A program made the position numbers and the translations under genes. A stretch of 42,824 nucleotides of DNA. Origin: a virus. The stretch lies in the UHGV virus genome UHGV-0137073; one strand, given 5' to 3'. The notes below the pieces were generated by a model that did not search any database, was not told where the DNA came from, and saw nothing but the letters and a program-made list of their open reading frames with translations. Positions 27,509 to 37,062 of the stretch are shown here, in pieces (within the stretch, counting starts at the first letter, position 1; every line of letters starts with the position of its first letter).

Positions 27509-27847
27509 TCAGCCTGCGAGTTTGCTTGGTTTGGGTTGAATGAAGACTTTGCCGACCTCAAGAATTGCCCTCCGTTGTTCGGGGCTCATTTCGTCGAATG
27601 CATCCATTAACTCTTTCTTTTCTTGTGACACATAAGGTGCAACAACAGGCTGACTCCGCACCCCAGTAACTACATACAAAATATCTACACCGATTTCTGA
27701 TAGTGCAGATAACTGCACTGCAGTAGGAGAAGTGCGATCTTTTTCCCAATCAATGAAAGTTCTCTTTGCCACACCTATAGCATCAGCCAACCCTTGCTGT
27801 GTAAGAGATAGACGCTCTCTTTCTTCTTTAATACGTAACCCGATCAT
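27509..27847 (-). CDS. HTH XRE-family repressor (putative prophage repressor)
   Basis: MIGLRIKEERERLSLTQQGLADAIGVAKRTFIDWEKDR helix-turn-helix; divergent from the ner-like early operon. Confidence 0.7.
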   Translation of the reverse strand: MIGLRIKEERERLSLTQQGLADAIGVAKRTFIDWEKDRTSPTAVQLSALSEIGVDILYVVTGVRSQPVVAPYVSQEKKELMDAFDEMSPEQRRAILEVGKVFIQPKPSKLAG

Positions 27848-27947
27848 GTGAGTTTTTCTGCACTCTTTAAGTTGACTGGTGAGGTAATCTGCACCATAAT
27901 CTATCACACATAAGGCAAACATCATTGCATCAACAAAGGAGACAACG

Positions 27948-28136
27948 ATGACTGCAGAACAAGTCAAAGCTCTCTTCCGCCAGCGCGGGATCACTTTCAC
28001 CCGCTGGGCAGAAGAAAACGGCTACAACCGCAATGAGGTATACCGCGTTCTCAATGGGCAGACCAAAGCCCGTTACGGTAAATCCCATGAAATCGCCGTG
28101 AAGTTGGGGCTGAAATCAACAGCTCAGGCAGCCTGA
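27948..28136 (+). CDS. ner: Ner-like DNA-binding protein (early operon regulator)
   Basis: 62 aa; first gene of the rightward operon; motif pattern ...GITFTRWAEENGY...EIAVKLGL resembles Ner/Nlp proteins. Confidence 0.55.
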   Translation: MTAEQVKALFRQRGITFTRWAEENGYNRNEVYRVLNGQTKARYGKSHEIAVKLGLKSTAQAA

Positions 28137-28188
28137 AGATTTTGAGTCTTTGTAAAAGGTTATCACATATCGCAAAAGAGGTATGCAG

Positions 28189-28497
28189 ATGAGTAAGACG
28201 AATGTTTCAAGCTCCGGCAGTCGCATCCTCCGGGTACTCAAAGCGCTGCGCGGTCATGCCCTGAACGGTATTTCCAACGGTGAACTGGCGGCAGCACTGC
28301 ACGAGTCACCGGCAAACATCAACCGGGCACTCAACACCCTCATTGAAGAAGGGTTGGCCCTGAAACTGGAAAACGGGCGTTTCGCGCCGGGCATCCAGTT
28401 ACTGCAGATCGCTATGGCCCACAGTAACGAGATGGCACGTGCACAGGATCGCATTAACGAAATCAACCAACGTGTCATTTCAGGTAGTCGTTTGTAA
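28189..28497 (+). CDS. Hypothetical winged-helix-like DNA-binding protein
   Basis: ~100 aa; SD AAGAGG 7 nt upstream of the second ATG. Confidence 0.4.
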   Translation: MSKTNVSSSGSRILRVLKALRGHALNGISNGELAAALHESPANINRALNTLIEEGLALKLENGRFAPGIQLLQIAMAHSNEMARAQDRINEINQRVISGSRL

Positions 28498-28507
28498 GGA
28501 GTAATAA

Positions 28508-29419
28508 ATGGGACGCACCAAATCACCGATTAACACTGAACTGAACGCCGAGGTACCGCTGTCGGATGATCTCAATGTCAGTCTGAACGCCATGACACAG
28601 CATCGTATGGAGATCATGCAGCAGTTTGGCGATGGTCAGCCCTATGAGCGTGATCGCATAGTTCATGAGGCTCGGTTTTATATGGCACAGAGCGCTGAGG
28701 CCATGCTGGAAGCAGGTAAACGACTTATTATTCTCAAAGAAAATGAACCTCACGGGGACTTTGTTGGAATTGTAGAAGAACAACTTGGTCTGCATGTGCG
28801 CGCAGCACAACGAATGATGAAAGCATCTTTGAAATACCTTTCACCAAAACTAGAGCCAAAAGCGACAACGTTGTCGCTTTTAGGTAAGGCAAAATTATTT
28901 GAACTTGTTGCTGAAGATGACGACGACCTTGCTGAACTGGCCGACGGTGGCACAGTTGCCGGACTGACGCTTGACGATGTTGATCGCATGTCAGTACGTG
29001 AATTGCGTCAGGCCCTGCGCGAAGCGCGCGAAACCAACGCAGCACAACAGCGCGTACTCGCCGACAAAAATGAAAAAATAGACTCACTCTCCACCAGACT
29101 GGAGAAGAAATCCCGTATTCAGCCACCTGAGCCTGATGAAGAGGTGAAGAAACTGCGGGCAGAAGTGACCGCGTTAGCGGTTGAGGCGGAATCTGCCATC
29201 GCCGTTCGACTGTCCAGCGCTTTTGAGACGCTGTGCGCATATTGTGCTGAAAACATGATTGATACCCCCAGAGACTTCATGGCAGGCCTGGTCTGTCAAC
29301 TGGAAAGCACAGCGCGTAGCCTGCGCTCCACATTTGACCTGCCGGACGAGCCAACAGGCAATGCAGCGCCTTCATGGCTGACTGAGCCGACGCCACAGAT
29401 TAACGGGCTGGAGGCATAA
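28508..29419 (+). CDS. Hypothetical early protein (DUF3102-like?)
   Basis: 303 aa, TAAGGAG Shine-Dalgarno, acidic/coiled-coil; precedes the transposase. Confidence 0.45.
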   Translation: MGRTKSPINTELNAEVPLSDDLNVSLNAMTQHRMEIMQQFGDGQPYERDRIVHEARFYMAQSAEAMLEAGKRLIILKENEPHGDFVGIVEEQLGLHVRAAQRMMKASLKYLSPKLEPKATTLSLLGKAKLFELVAEDDDDLAELADGGTVAGLTLDDVDRMSVRELRQALREARETNAAQQRVLADKNEKIDSLSTRLEKKSRIQPPEPDEEVKKLRAEVTALAVEAESAIAVRLSSAFETLCAYCAENMIDTPRDFMAGLVCQLESTARSLRSTFDLPDEPTGNAAPSWLTEPTPQINGLEA

Positions 29420-29422
29420 CCA

Positions 29423-31192
29423 ATGAATGCTGCCCTGACTGAACGACTGGTTTATGTCGCCCGCGCGGCACGTGACGCGGGGCATGGTAAACGCGGCGCA
29501 GTATACGACGCTGCCTGTGCTGAACTTGGCATGTCCCGCGCCACTCTGCTGCGCAGGCTGAAGGAGGTATCTGTGACTGATAAACGCAAAAAACGCGCCG
29601 ATGCCGGGCGCAGCGCCCTGACCCGCGACGAAGCCGCGCTGATATCTGCCACACTGCGTGAGGCCACCCGCAAGAACGGTAAGCGTCTCTATTCCATCGC
29701 GGATGCAGTGGAAACCCTGCGGGCTAACGGCTTTATATCCGCAGGCAGAACAGATGAAACCACCGGTGAGTTTTTCCCGTTGTCCGAAGATGCCATCAGC
29801 CGAGCCCTGCGTAACTATGGCCTGCACCCGGAACAACTGGATGCCCCTGCGCCGCATACCGAAGTGGCCAGTCTGCATCCCAATCATGTCTGGCAGATTG
29901 ACGCCTCACTCTGCACGCTTTACTACCTGAGCAATGGACATAAAGGGCTGCAGGTGATGGACAGCGCGAAGTTCTACAAGAACAAGCCCGCTAACCTTGC
30001 CCGTATCGCCAGTGACCGCGTGTGGAGTTACGAGATTACCGACCATGCCAGCGGCTGGATTTACGTTGAGTATGTGACGGGCGCGGAATCAGGTGAGAAC
30101 CTGTGTTCTGTGCTTATCAACGCCATGCAGGAGCGTGGCGGCGCAGACGTGCTGCACGGTGTGCCGAAAATACTCTATCTCGACCCCGGCTCGGCAAACA
30201 CCGCGGGTATGACGAAAAACATGTGCCGCTCACTGGGCATCGACCTGATAGCGCACAAGCCGCATAACGCCCGCGCCACCGGACAGGTGGAAAAGGCGCG
30301 GGACATTATCGAACGCAAGCTGGAGCCGGGTCTGAAGTTCCGGCCGGTTCACAGTCTGGAAGAACTCAACGCGCTGGCCGCGAAATGGCGCAGCCACTTT
30401 AACGCCACGGCTGTTCACAGCCGCCACGGTAAAACCCGCACGGATATCTGGCTGAAGATTACTGCTGAGCAGCTGAAAAAAGCGCCTTCCGTTGAGGTAT
30501 GTCGTGAACTGGCTGTGGCGGCACCAGAACTCCGCAAAGTCACGCCAAAACTTCGTGTCTCGTTCCGGGGCACTGAATTTGACGTATCAACGGTACCGGG
30601 CGTACTGGTTGGTGAAAAACTGATGATTACCCGTAACCCGTGGCGCAGCGATGTGGCACAGGTGGTTCTGACCGGTGAGGACGGCCACGAGACGTTCTTC
30701 CTGGTCGAAGAGGTCAGAAAGAACGAGTTTGGCTTTGCTGAAGGCGCGGCGGTATTTGGCGAAAGTTACAAAGCCCTGCCGGAAACCCCGGCGCAGATGG
30801 CGGCAAAAGAAACCGAAGCGCTGGTCACCGGTACAGACAACGCCGCAGATGCAGCTGCCGCACGCAAGGCGAAGGCGCTGCCGTTCGGCGGGCGGCTTGA
30901 CCCGTATAAACATATCGACGACACCACACTTCCGGCCTATATGCCGAAGCGTGGTCAGGCCTCTGACGTACGCGGGCCGCGCACTGAACAACGTCCCATG
31001 ACTTATGTGGAGGCCGCGAAAGCCCTGCGCGATAAGTTCAGCGCCAACGGCTTTACCTGGACGCCGGAACATTACCGCCAGTTAACGGCACAGTATCCGG
31101 ACGGCGTACCGGAAGCCGCACTGGATGAAGTCATGGCCACGCTGACCACGCCGGCCCGCAGCAGCGTTATCAGTATTGTTAACGGCAACTGA
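29423..31192 (+). CDS. DDE-type transposase (integrase catalytic core)
   Basis: Candidate DDE residues in HVWQIDAS, KILYLDPGSAN and TGQVEKARD; followed by a MuB-like ATPase. Confidence 0.8.
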   Translation: MNAALTERLVYVARAARDAGHGKRGAVYDAACAELGMSRATLLRRLKEVSVTDKRKKRADAGRSALTRDEAALISATLREATRKNGKRLYSIADAVETLRANGFISAGRTDETTGEFFPLSEDAISRALRNYGLHPEQLDAPAPHTEVASLHPNHVWQIDASLCTLYYLSNGHKGLQVMDSAKFYKNKPANLARIASDRVWSYEITDHASGWIYVEYVTGAESGENLCSVLINAMQERGGADVLHGVPKILYLDPGSANTAGMTKNMCRSLGIDLIAHKPHNARATGQVEKARDIIERKLEPGLKFRPVHSLEELNALAAKWRSHFNATAVHSRHGKTRTDIWLKITAEQLKKAPSVEVCRELAVAAPELRKVTPKLRVSFRGTEFDVSTVPGVLVGEKLMITRNPWRSDVAQVVLTGEDGHETFFLVEEVRKNEFGFAEGAAVFGESYKALPETPAQMAAKETEALVTGTDNAADAAAARKAKALPFGGRLDPYKHIDDTTLPAYMPKRGQASDVRGPRTEQRPMTYVEAAKALRDKFSANGFTWTPEHYRQLTAQYPDGVPEAALDEVMATLTTPARSSVISIVNGN

Positions 31193-31202
31193 GGAGGGAA
31201 AC

Positions 31203-32369
31203 ATGCTGGTACTGAAGCAGCAACTGAAAGAAGCCCGTATTCCACAGGCGGTGGTGGCGAGAGCTGTCGATGTTTCTGAGGCCACGCTGGCCCAGATTGT
31301 GAATCATAACGCGTGGCCCCGCACCAGCCCCGGAGAAGTGCGCCGGCGTCTTGCGTCCTGGCTGGAAAGTCAGGGGATTGATACAACGAAGAGTTTTGAT
31401 GCTGTACAGGGCGCGGCCACGCCCCGTACAGCGGGTACCACAGATAAAACGAGCCTCAGTGAGGAAGAGAATATGTTACTCAAAAAACAGGTGTTATTTC
31501 CAGCAACCAAAAAAGCGTTTGGTCTTTTCCGTGACCCGTTCGCCGACGAAGCCATGCAGGGTTCTGATGATGTGTTCACCACCCCGGATATTCGCTACGT
31601 GCGTGAGGCGTTGTACCAGACAGCCCGTCATGGTGGGTTTATGGCCGTCATCGGTGAGTCCGGTGCGGGTAAATCCACGCTGCGCCGCGACCTGACTGAA
31701 CGTATCAACCGCGAGAATGCGCCGGTAATTGTTATCGAGCCATACATCATCGCTATGGAAGACAACGATGTGAAAGGGAAAACCCTGAAGGCAGCAGCGA
31801 TTGCCGAAGCCATTATCAGTACCATCGCACCACTGGAAAGCATCAGACGCAGTCAGGACGCCCGCTTTCGCCAGTTGCATCGCGTCCTGAAAGACAGCAG
31901 CCAGGCGGGGTTCAGCCACGTTCTGGTGATTGAGGAGGCCCACAGTCTGCCCATTCCGACACTGAAACACCTCAAACGCTTTTTTGAGCTGGAGTCCGGT
32001 TTCAAAAAACTGCTGTCCATCGTGCTGATTGGCCAGCCGGAACTGGCGACAAAACTGTCTGAACGCAATATGGAAGTCCGTGAAGTCGTTCAGCGCTGTG
32101 AGGTGGTCGAACTTCTGCCTCTGGACAATAACCTTGAAGAGTTTCTGACGTTCAAACTGCAACGGGCCGGTAAACAACTGACGGACATTATGGACGCCAG
32201 CGCAGTGGATGCCATACGTGCCCGCCTGAGCAATCCGGGAAGTCATCGTAAAAATATGGTCAGCCTGCTGTATCCGCTGGCCGTCAGTAACCTGGTAATA
32301 GCCGCCATGAATCTGGCCGCTGAAATCGGGGTTCCACAGGTCAACGCTGACGTTGTCAAAGGGGTTTAA
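31203..32369 (+). CDS. Transposition helper ATPase (MuB / TniB-like AAA+)
   Basis: Walker A GESGAGKST, Walker B-like VLVIEEAH; GGAGGG Shine-Dalgarno before the ATG at 31203. Confidence 0.8.
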   Translation: MLVLKQQLKEARIPQAVVARAVDVSEATLAQIVNHNAWPRTSPGEVRRRLASWLESQGIDTTKSFDAVQGAATPRTAGTTDKTSLSEEENMLLKKQVLFPATKKAFGLFRDPFADEAMQGSDDVFTTPDIRYVREALYQTARHGGFMAVIGESGAGKSTLRRDLTERINRENAPVIVIEPYIIAMEDNDVKGKTLKAAAIAEAIISTIAPLESIRRSQDARFRQLHRVLKDSSQAGFSHVLVIEEAHSLPIPTLKHLKRFFELESGFKKLLSIVLIGQPELATKLSERNMEVREVVQRCEVVELLPLDNNLEEFLTFKLQRAGKQLTDIMDASAVDAIRARLSNPGSHRKNMVSLLYPLAVSNLVIAAMNLAAEIGVPQVNADVVKGV

Positions 32370-32371
32370 TA

Positions 32372-32641
32372 ATGAAATCCACCACAGGTATCAACCAGCA
32401 AATCAGCAAAGTGCAGTCAGCCATTATGGCGCTTAAGGCGACGAACACGGATGTACAAAGCATCACCATCAGGGGTAACAAACCTGTCATCCGCGTTTCC
32501 CGGAGTGCGCATTGCATGCGCATGCTTGAGCAGGGAAAGGCCTGTTATCTGTATACCGGTCATGACCACAGGGGACATTTCCGTCAGGGCGTTTTCGAAC
32601 TGCACGGCTGTCGCGTCGTGTGGCCGGAATCTTTGTGGTAA
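32372..32641 (+). CDS. Hypothetical early protein
   Basis: 89 aa, immediately after the ATPase gene. Confidence 0.4.
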   Translation: MKSTTGINQQISKVQSAIMALKATNTDVQSITIRGNKPVIRVSRSAHCMRMLEQGKACYLYTGHDHRGHFRQGVFELHGCRVVWPESLW

Positions 32642-32668
32642 TCAGCACAACAGGAGGAGTCATAAAAT

Positions 32669-33199
32669 ATGGCAAAAAGTACAAAAGGGGCAAAACGTAT
32701 CAAAGCCGCAGCAGCACTCTGGGTGCCGGGGACACGCGAAGAGGTCATTGAGGGAATCAGACTGCTTGGTGACGCGCAACGTGAACTGGTCAGGGCTGAA
32801 ACAGAAATGAATGACACCATTGGCGACATCACCGCACGTTATGCCCCGCTCACCGAGAGCCTGAAAAAACGCATGGCCGAACTGCAGTCCGGTATTCAGA
32901 CATGGTGTGAGGCACACCGTGATGAACTGACCGGCAACGGGAAGGTGAAGTTCGCTAACCTCACCACCGGCGAGGTGCAGTGGCGAAACCGTCCGCCGTC
33001 AGTCAGTATCCGTGGGGCGGATAATGTTATTGAATTACTGAGACGTCTGGGGCTTGAGCGCTTTATCCGTGTAAAGGAGGAAATAAATAAAGACGCCATC
33101 CTGAATGAAAAGGACGCCGTGAAAAATATTCCCGGTATTACCATAAAAAGTGATATTGAGGATTTTTCAATAATTCCTTTTGAGCAGAATGTGCAGTAA
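32669..33199 (+). CDS. gam: Host-nuclease inhibitor Gam (Mu Gam-like, Ku-like DNA end binding)
   Basis: 176 aa; N-terminus MAKSTKGAKRIKAAAALWVPGTREEV... and coiled-coil region match the Mu Gam family as recalled. Confidence 0.8.
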   Translation: MAKSTKGAKRIKAAAALWVPGTREEVIEGIRLLGDAQRELVRAETEMNDTIGDITARYAPLTESLKKRMAELQSGIQTWCEAHRDELTGNGKVKFANLTTGEVQWRNRPPSVSIRGADNVIELLRRLGLERFIRVKEEINKDAILNEKDAVKNIPGITIKSDIEDFSIIPFEQNVQ

Positions 33200-33295
33200 A
33201 AACAGCATATAAGCTATTTAAAACAGCCTTTTCTTTTTTATTCCGGCATCAGCGCCGTGGGCTTCTGCACGCCGGAAACAGAGGAGAATTAAATC

Positions 33296-33490
33296 ATGAT
33301 ATTTAAATGTATTCAGTGCGAGAGGGATATAACAGCCCTGCGTTTTCACAGCGCCATCGCCGTGATGTCCGGTAAGTACCACGTACCTGCAGTACGCGTC
33401 ACCCTGGTCTGTCCGTACTGCAGTCAGCATTTTTCGGCAGACGTGCCCGTCATGGAATTCTCCCGCCCTGACAGGGAGGACTCGCAATGA
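33296..33490 (+). CDS. Small zinc-ribbon protein (CxxC...CPYC), Com-like architecture
   Basis: 64 aa with Cys pairs at CIQC and CPYC; overlapping stop/start with the next gene. Confidence 0.4.
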   Translation: MIFKCIQCERDITALRFHSAIAVMSGKYHVPAVRVTLVCPYCSQHFSADVPVMEFSRPDREDSQ

Positions 33491-33759
33491 TTACCCCACA
33501 GGAAGCACGACAGCGCACCCGAACCCTTGTTGAACACTATGTCAACGAGTGTGAATGCCGCGACCTCACCGATGTGAAGCACGTCCTGACGGCGCTAATC
33601 AGCATGACCGCTCAGGCCATTGTGGCGACCAACGGAAAGGCGGCTGCCCTGCAGGTACTGGTGAACACACTCACCCACACGGCAGAGCACGATGTGCCGT
33701 ACCGGATGGAAACCACTGCAGAAGGCGGCCTGAACATCACCGTCGACCGGAAACACTGA
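33487..33759 (+). CDS. Hypothetical early protein
   Basis: 90 aa in the early operon. Confidence 0.4.
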   Translation: MITPQEARQRTRTLVEHYVNECECRDLTDVKHVLTALISMTAQAIVATNGKAAALQVLVNTLTHTAEHDVPYRMETTAEGGLNITVDRKH

Positions 33760-33768
33760 GGGCGCGGC

Positions 33769-34074
33769 ATGACACGGAACACCGAACTCACCCGCACCGC
33801 CCTCTACCGTCTGGCCCTGCAGCGTTTCGGGCCGGACGCACAGGCTCTGAAACTGACAGAAGAGGCCGCTGAACTGGCGGCCAGTGCCGCCCGCAACCTG
33901 AACGGACAGGGCAGCGAAAGTGACCTCGCGGCAGAGCTGGCAGACGTGGAAATCATGACAGAGCAGCTGCGCCTTCAGGGAATGGACCGGCTGATTGACT
34001 TCCACAAACAGAAAAAACTGGAACGCCTTGCCGCACGGCTGGGCGTCATGTACACCGGAGATACTGAACAATGA
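33769..34074 (+). CDS. MazG-like nucleotide pyrophosphohydrolase domain protein
   Basis: 101 aa with EExxE...E/D-rich helix pattern (LTEEAAELAASAARNL ... LAAELADVEIMTEQL). Confidence 0.5.
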   Translation: MTRNTELTRTALYRLALQRFGPDAQALKLTEEAAELAASAARNLNGQGSESDLAAELADVEIMTEQLRLQGMDRLIDFHKQKKLERLAARLGVMYTGDTEQ

Positions 34075-34754
34075 CAGACCAGGATAAACACATTGAGAAA
34101 CTGAAAAAGTTGCTGGCGCTGGCCGCATCCGGCAACCCTCACGAGGCCGCTCTGGCACTGCGCCGTGCCCGTAAACTGATGGATGTTCACGGCATCACAC
34201 ATTCCGACATCGCCATGAGTGATATTGATGAAACCATCAGTCACTACTGGCCGACAGGCAGCCTCCGTCCACCGCGCTACATGCTGGGCCTGATGAACAT
34301 CATCCGCGAGGCATTTGGTGTTAACTCCATCATTCACCCCGGCACATATCCGGGTGTGGGGTTCTACGGCAACCGGGAACGGGCTGCACTGGCTGCGTAC
34401 ACCTGGGAAGTGCTGGCCCGCCAGCTGAAAAAGGCGCGTCAGCAATATATCAGCGCACAGAACAAAAGAATAAAAACTGCCACCCGTACCAGCCGTGGTG
34501 ACCAGTTTGCTGAAGGCTGGGTGCTGGCCGTTATCAGTGAAATACAGTCCTTCGCCCTGACCGATGACGAACGTGAACTGATGCAGCAGTGGCTGGAACA
34601 TAAATACCCGCAGACGCAAACCACCAGGGCGCGTAAACCGGGAAGAAGCCGCAATGGCGACGCCTCGCGCTATGCGGGGTTTCTTGAAGGGCAGAACGTC
34701 AGACTGCACCGCCCGGTCAGTGGGCAGGAACAACAGAAACTGGAGGCCAGATGA
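34071..34754 (+). CDS. Conserved phage early protein (DUF2786-like)
   Basis: 227 aa; N-terminus ...IEKLKKLLALAASGNPHEAALALRRARKLM... Confidence 0.45.
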   Translation: MTDQDKHIEKLKKLLALAASGNPHEAALALRRARKLMDVHGITHSDIAMSDIDETISHYWPTGSLRPPRYMLGLMNIIREAFGVNSIIHPGTYPGVGFYGNRERAALAAYTWEVLARQLKKARQQYISAQNKRIKTATRTSRGDQFAEGWVLAVISEIQSFALTDDERELMQQWLEHKYPQTQTTRARKPGRSRNGDASRYAGFLEGQNVRLHRPVSGQEQQKLEAR

Positions 34755-34981
34755 TTACGCTATCAGGTAAAAGCCGGAAATTAAAAGCCTGCCGAATATC
34801 TGCCAGATACCTTTTTGCCCGCGCCTTTTTTAAGAACGTCAGGCCGGGGATCACAATTGGTGTTATTGCCGGACGCGAACAGGTTGAAAAATACATGTCA
34901 GGTGCATGGTGGAATAACGACCCTGTCATTGCTGCCCGTAATATTCATATCAGTTGGGGGGATATTCAGAATGACGGCTGA
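34751..34981 (+). CDS. Hypothetical small protein
   Basis: 76 aa, start overlaps upstream stop. Confidence 0.3.
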   Translation: MITLSGKSRKLKACRISARYLFARAFFKNVRPGITIGVIAGREQVEKYMSGAWWNNDPVIAARNIHISWGDIQNDG

Positions 34982-35186
34982 ATCTGTTGTATGTGCCCTG
35001 TTCTGGTATTGTTTTGTCGGTTGGTGTACTGCTGAACTGCACCGCCGTTCAGGGTTTTATTCACGTTACAGTGGTGCTGGCTACTGGATTAGCTGGTCGG
35101 TGATGTTCCTGTGCTGGCCTGTGGCGCTTCCTTTATATGTCGATTATATCGGTGGCGCAGGTAAAAGGAGCAACGATGATGACTAA
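34971..35186 (+). CDS. Small membrane protein
   Basis: 71 aa with two hydrophobic helices (VVCALFWYCFVGW..., WSVMFLCWPVALPLYV). Confidence 0.35.
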   Translation: MTAESVVCALFWYCFVGWCTAELHRRSGFYSRYSGAGYWISWSVMFLCWPVALPLYVDYIGGAGKRSNDDD

Positions 35187-35628
35187 ACAACGTCTTATCC
35201 AGCTCATTCATATTGCCCGTAATGAACTGGGTATGGATGAAGACACCTACCGCCAGATGTTACAGGGGCTGACCGGTAAAGCCTCAACCAAAGGAATGGA
35301 TACCACACAACTAAACTGCGTGCTGGAATCCATGAAAAGGAAAGGCTTTCGCGTTAAGCCTGCCGGAAAAGCCAGCTCCGGTTTACCGCTGGATAACCAT
35401 CCGCAGTCCAGGAAAATCCGTGCGCTATGGCTTGAAATGGCTGCTGCCGGCATTGTTCGTGACCGTTCAGAAAATGCATTAGCGCGGTGGATCAAGCGGG
35501 AAACGGGCATCAGCGCCCTGCGCTGGCTCAGTACTGAACAGGCAAGCAGTGTTATTGAGAAACTGAAGAAGTGGCAGCGCAGAGCTGCGGGAGTCAAACA
35601 TGAGCGACCTGAATCAGTTTCGAAGTAA
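35176..35628 (+). CDS. gemA: GemA-like protein (Mu gp16 / DUF1018)
   Basis: MMTKQRLIQLIHIARNELGMDEDTYRQML... typical GemA N-terminus; AAGGAG Shine-Dalgarno. Confidence 0.65.
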   Translation: MMTKQRLIQLIHIARNELGMDEDTYRQMLQGLTGKASTKGMDTTQLNCVLESMKRKGFRVKPAGKASSGLPLDNHPQSRKIRALWLEMAAAGIVRDRSENALARWIKRETGISALRWLSTEQASSVIEKLKKWQRRAAGVKHERPESVSK

Positions 35629-35998
35629 AGGGCCGGAACTCCTGGTGGAGCTGGCACAGCATACCTCTGAGACCGTTCGCGAGATTATTGATATTGAGCC
35701 CGCAATTGCCGACCAGATTGGTCAGGCCGTCGCGAACCGAATGATGCAGGTCTGGGGCGGGCAAAACGTTTATTTCCCGATGGGCATGGTATGGAAGGTC
35801 AGTCAGCGCGACCGGGAAATCTTCAGGGAGTTTAACGGACGCAACCACCACGAACTGGCCCGCAAGTTTGGTGTTTCGCTTCAGTGGGTCTACAGCGTGG
35901 TTAAGCGGGTCAGAAAAGAAGAACTGGATCGGATGCAGGGCAGGTTGTTTGATGAAGATCTGCCAGAGGAGACGAAAGACGTTAACAAATCCAGATAA
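35600..35998 (+). CDS. mor: Mor/C-family transcriptional activator (middle or late gene activator)
   Basis: 132 aa with C-terminal HTH ...ELARKFGVSLQWVYSVVKR; last gene of the early operon before a terminator. Confidence 0.7.
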   Translation: MSDLNQFRSKGPELLVELAQHTSETVREIIDIEPAIADQIGQAVANRMMQVWGGQNVYFPMGMVWKVSQRDREIFREFNGRNHHELARKFGVSLQWVYSVVKRVRKEELDRMQGRLFDEDLPEETKDVNKSR

Positions 35999-36043
35999 TT
36001 CCTGCTTGTTAAAGTCCTTTCAAAAATCTCCTTATTGTATAAA

Positions 36044-36075
36044 AGCACGGTAGACCCCTTACCGTGCTTTTTTTA
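36044..36075 (+). terminator. Rho-independent terminator after the Mor-family gene
   Basis: agcacggta-loop-taccgtgct followed by TTTTTTT. Confidence 0.75.
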
Positions 36076-36112
36076 TGCTCTCTCTTTAGTATTCAGGATG
36101 CAGGGAGAAAAT

Positions 36113-36745
36113 ATGTTTGACGTTTCGTTGTTAAATCTGCCATGGGCAACACTGGTGACCCTGACCAGTGGCTATATTGGGTATTTTATTGCGAATGTGG
36201 GACTGAAGGATCACCACAAGCCCATTGAGGTGACTTTTTCTTCGCTGATTTTTGGCCTGACAGCAATGATGGCTTACCAGGCTGTTATGTGGGCAGGTCT
36301 GAATGCCTGGCTGGCAACACCACCAGCACTTCTGTGTGCCGTTACATGCGGTGCGTGGTGGCGCAGGTACGGTCGCAAATGGATGTACAGATTACTGTGG
36401 AATAATGATATTTCATGGTCTGACGATACCAGCTCAGCATGGCAGGCAATGTTTGATCAAACAGGCTTCAGCGTTACCGAGGTCAGAGTGATTCTTCGCG
36501 ATGGTTCCGGTATGATGTCACGGCTGCCAGGGAACTTTGAAGAGTGGCCTAACGGTCCGTTTACCCTGGGGAATAAAGGCGATATGGTTCTTTACGTCAC
36601 GCACAGCAGCCCTTCAGGCAGTAACGAATGGGAAGAGTATAAAGGCGTGGTTGATAAGTACTGGGGAGCTCTGGCAACCTATATTCCAGCAGATCAGATT
36701 GCCAGAGTGGAGATCAGGCGCGTTCGTGCAACGAACGATGAATGA
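36113..36745 (+). CDS. Membrane protein of unknown function (moron at the prophage right end)
   Basis: 210 aa, three hydrophobic segments then a soluble C-terminal domain; own AGGGAG Shine-Dalgarno, downstream of the terminator. Confidence 0.5.
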   Translation: MFDVSLLNLPWATLVTLTSGYIGYFIANVGLKDHHKPIEVTFSSLIFGLTAMMAYQAVMWAGLNAWLATPPALLCAVTCGAWWRRYGRKWMYRLLWNNDISWSDDTSSAWQAMFDQTGFSVTEVRVILRDGSGMMSRLPGNFEEWPNGPFTLGNKGDMVLYVTHSSPSGSNEWEEYKGVVDKYWGALATYIPADQIARVEIRRVRATNDE

Positions 36746-36748
36746 TGT

Positions 36749-36910
36749 TTATTTTTTCCCTGGGGCAGGGGCTGCCGGCATAGTGGTTTTATTGGCAGAG
36801 GAAGACGATTCTCCTTTTCTACCGGAATCGCGCTCGAACGTCACGATGTGCTTGCTTTTGGGCTTTTCTGAGTAATCCAGGCTATCATGCTTATTGTTTT
36901 GAGTAGTCAT
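36749..36910 (-). CDS. Small hydrophilic ORF (53 aa), hypothetical
   Basis: AAGGA Shine-Dalgarno ~9 nt before ATG at 36910; below the ORF-track length cutoff; Ser/Lys/Pro-rich. Confidence 0.25.
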   Translation of the reverse strand: MTTQNNKHDSLDYSEKPKSKHIVTFERDSGRKGESSSSANKTTMPAAPAPGKK

Positions 36911-37062
36911 TGGAATCATCCTTTTTGTTGCGGGTCATGTTTCAGCAAACTCGATTCTAAGTTGCCAGGAAGGATGATTTCAATGCCCGACTTATCTATC
37001 GTATAGCGGAAAAGAATTTCAGTTCTGTTCACCAGAACCCATGTTAACCCACTCCAATTCGT

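Noticed and set aside
33595-34733. Long minus-strand ORFs (187 aa and 252 aa) in the early region
   Set aside because: Antisense to the tightly packed, Shine-Dalgarno-supported + strand early genes; Cys/Arg/Gly-rich nonsense composition.
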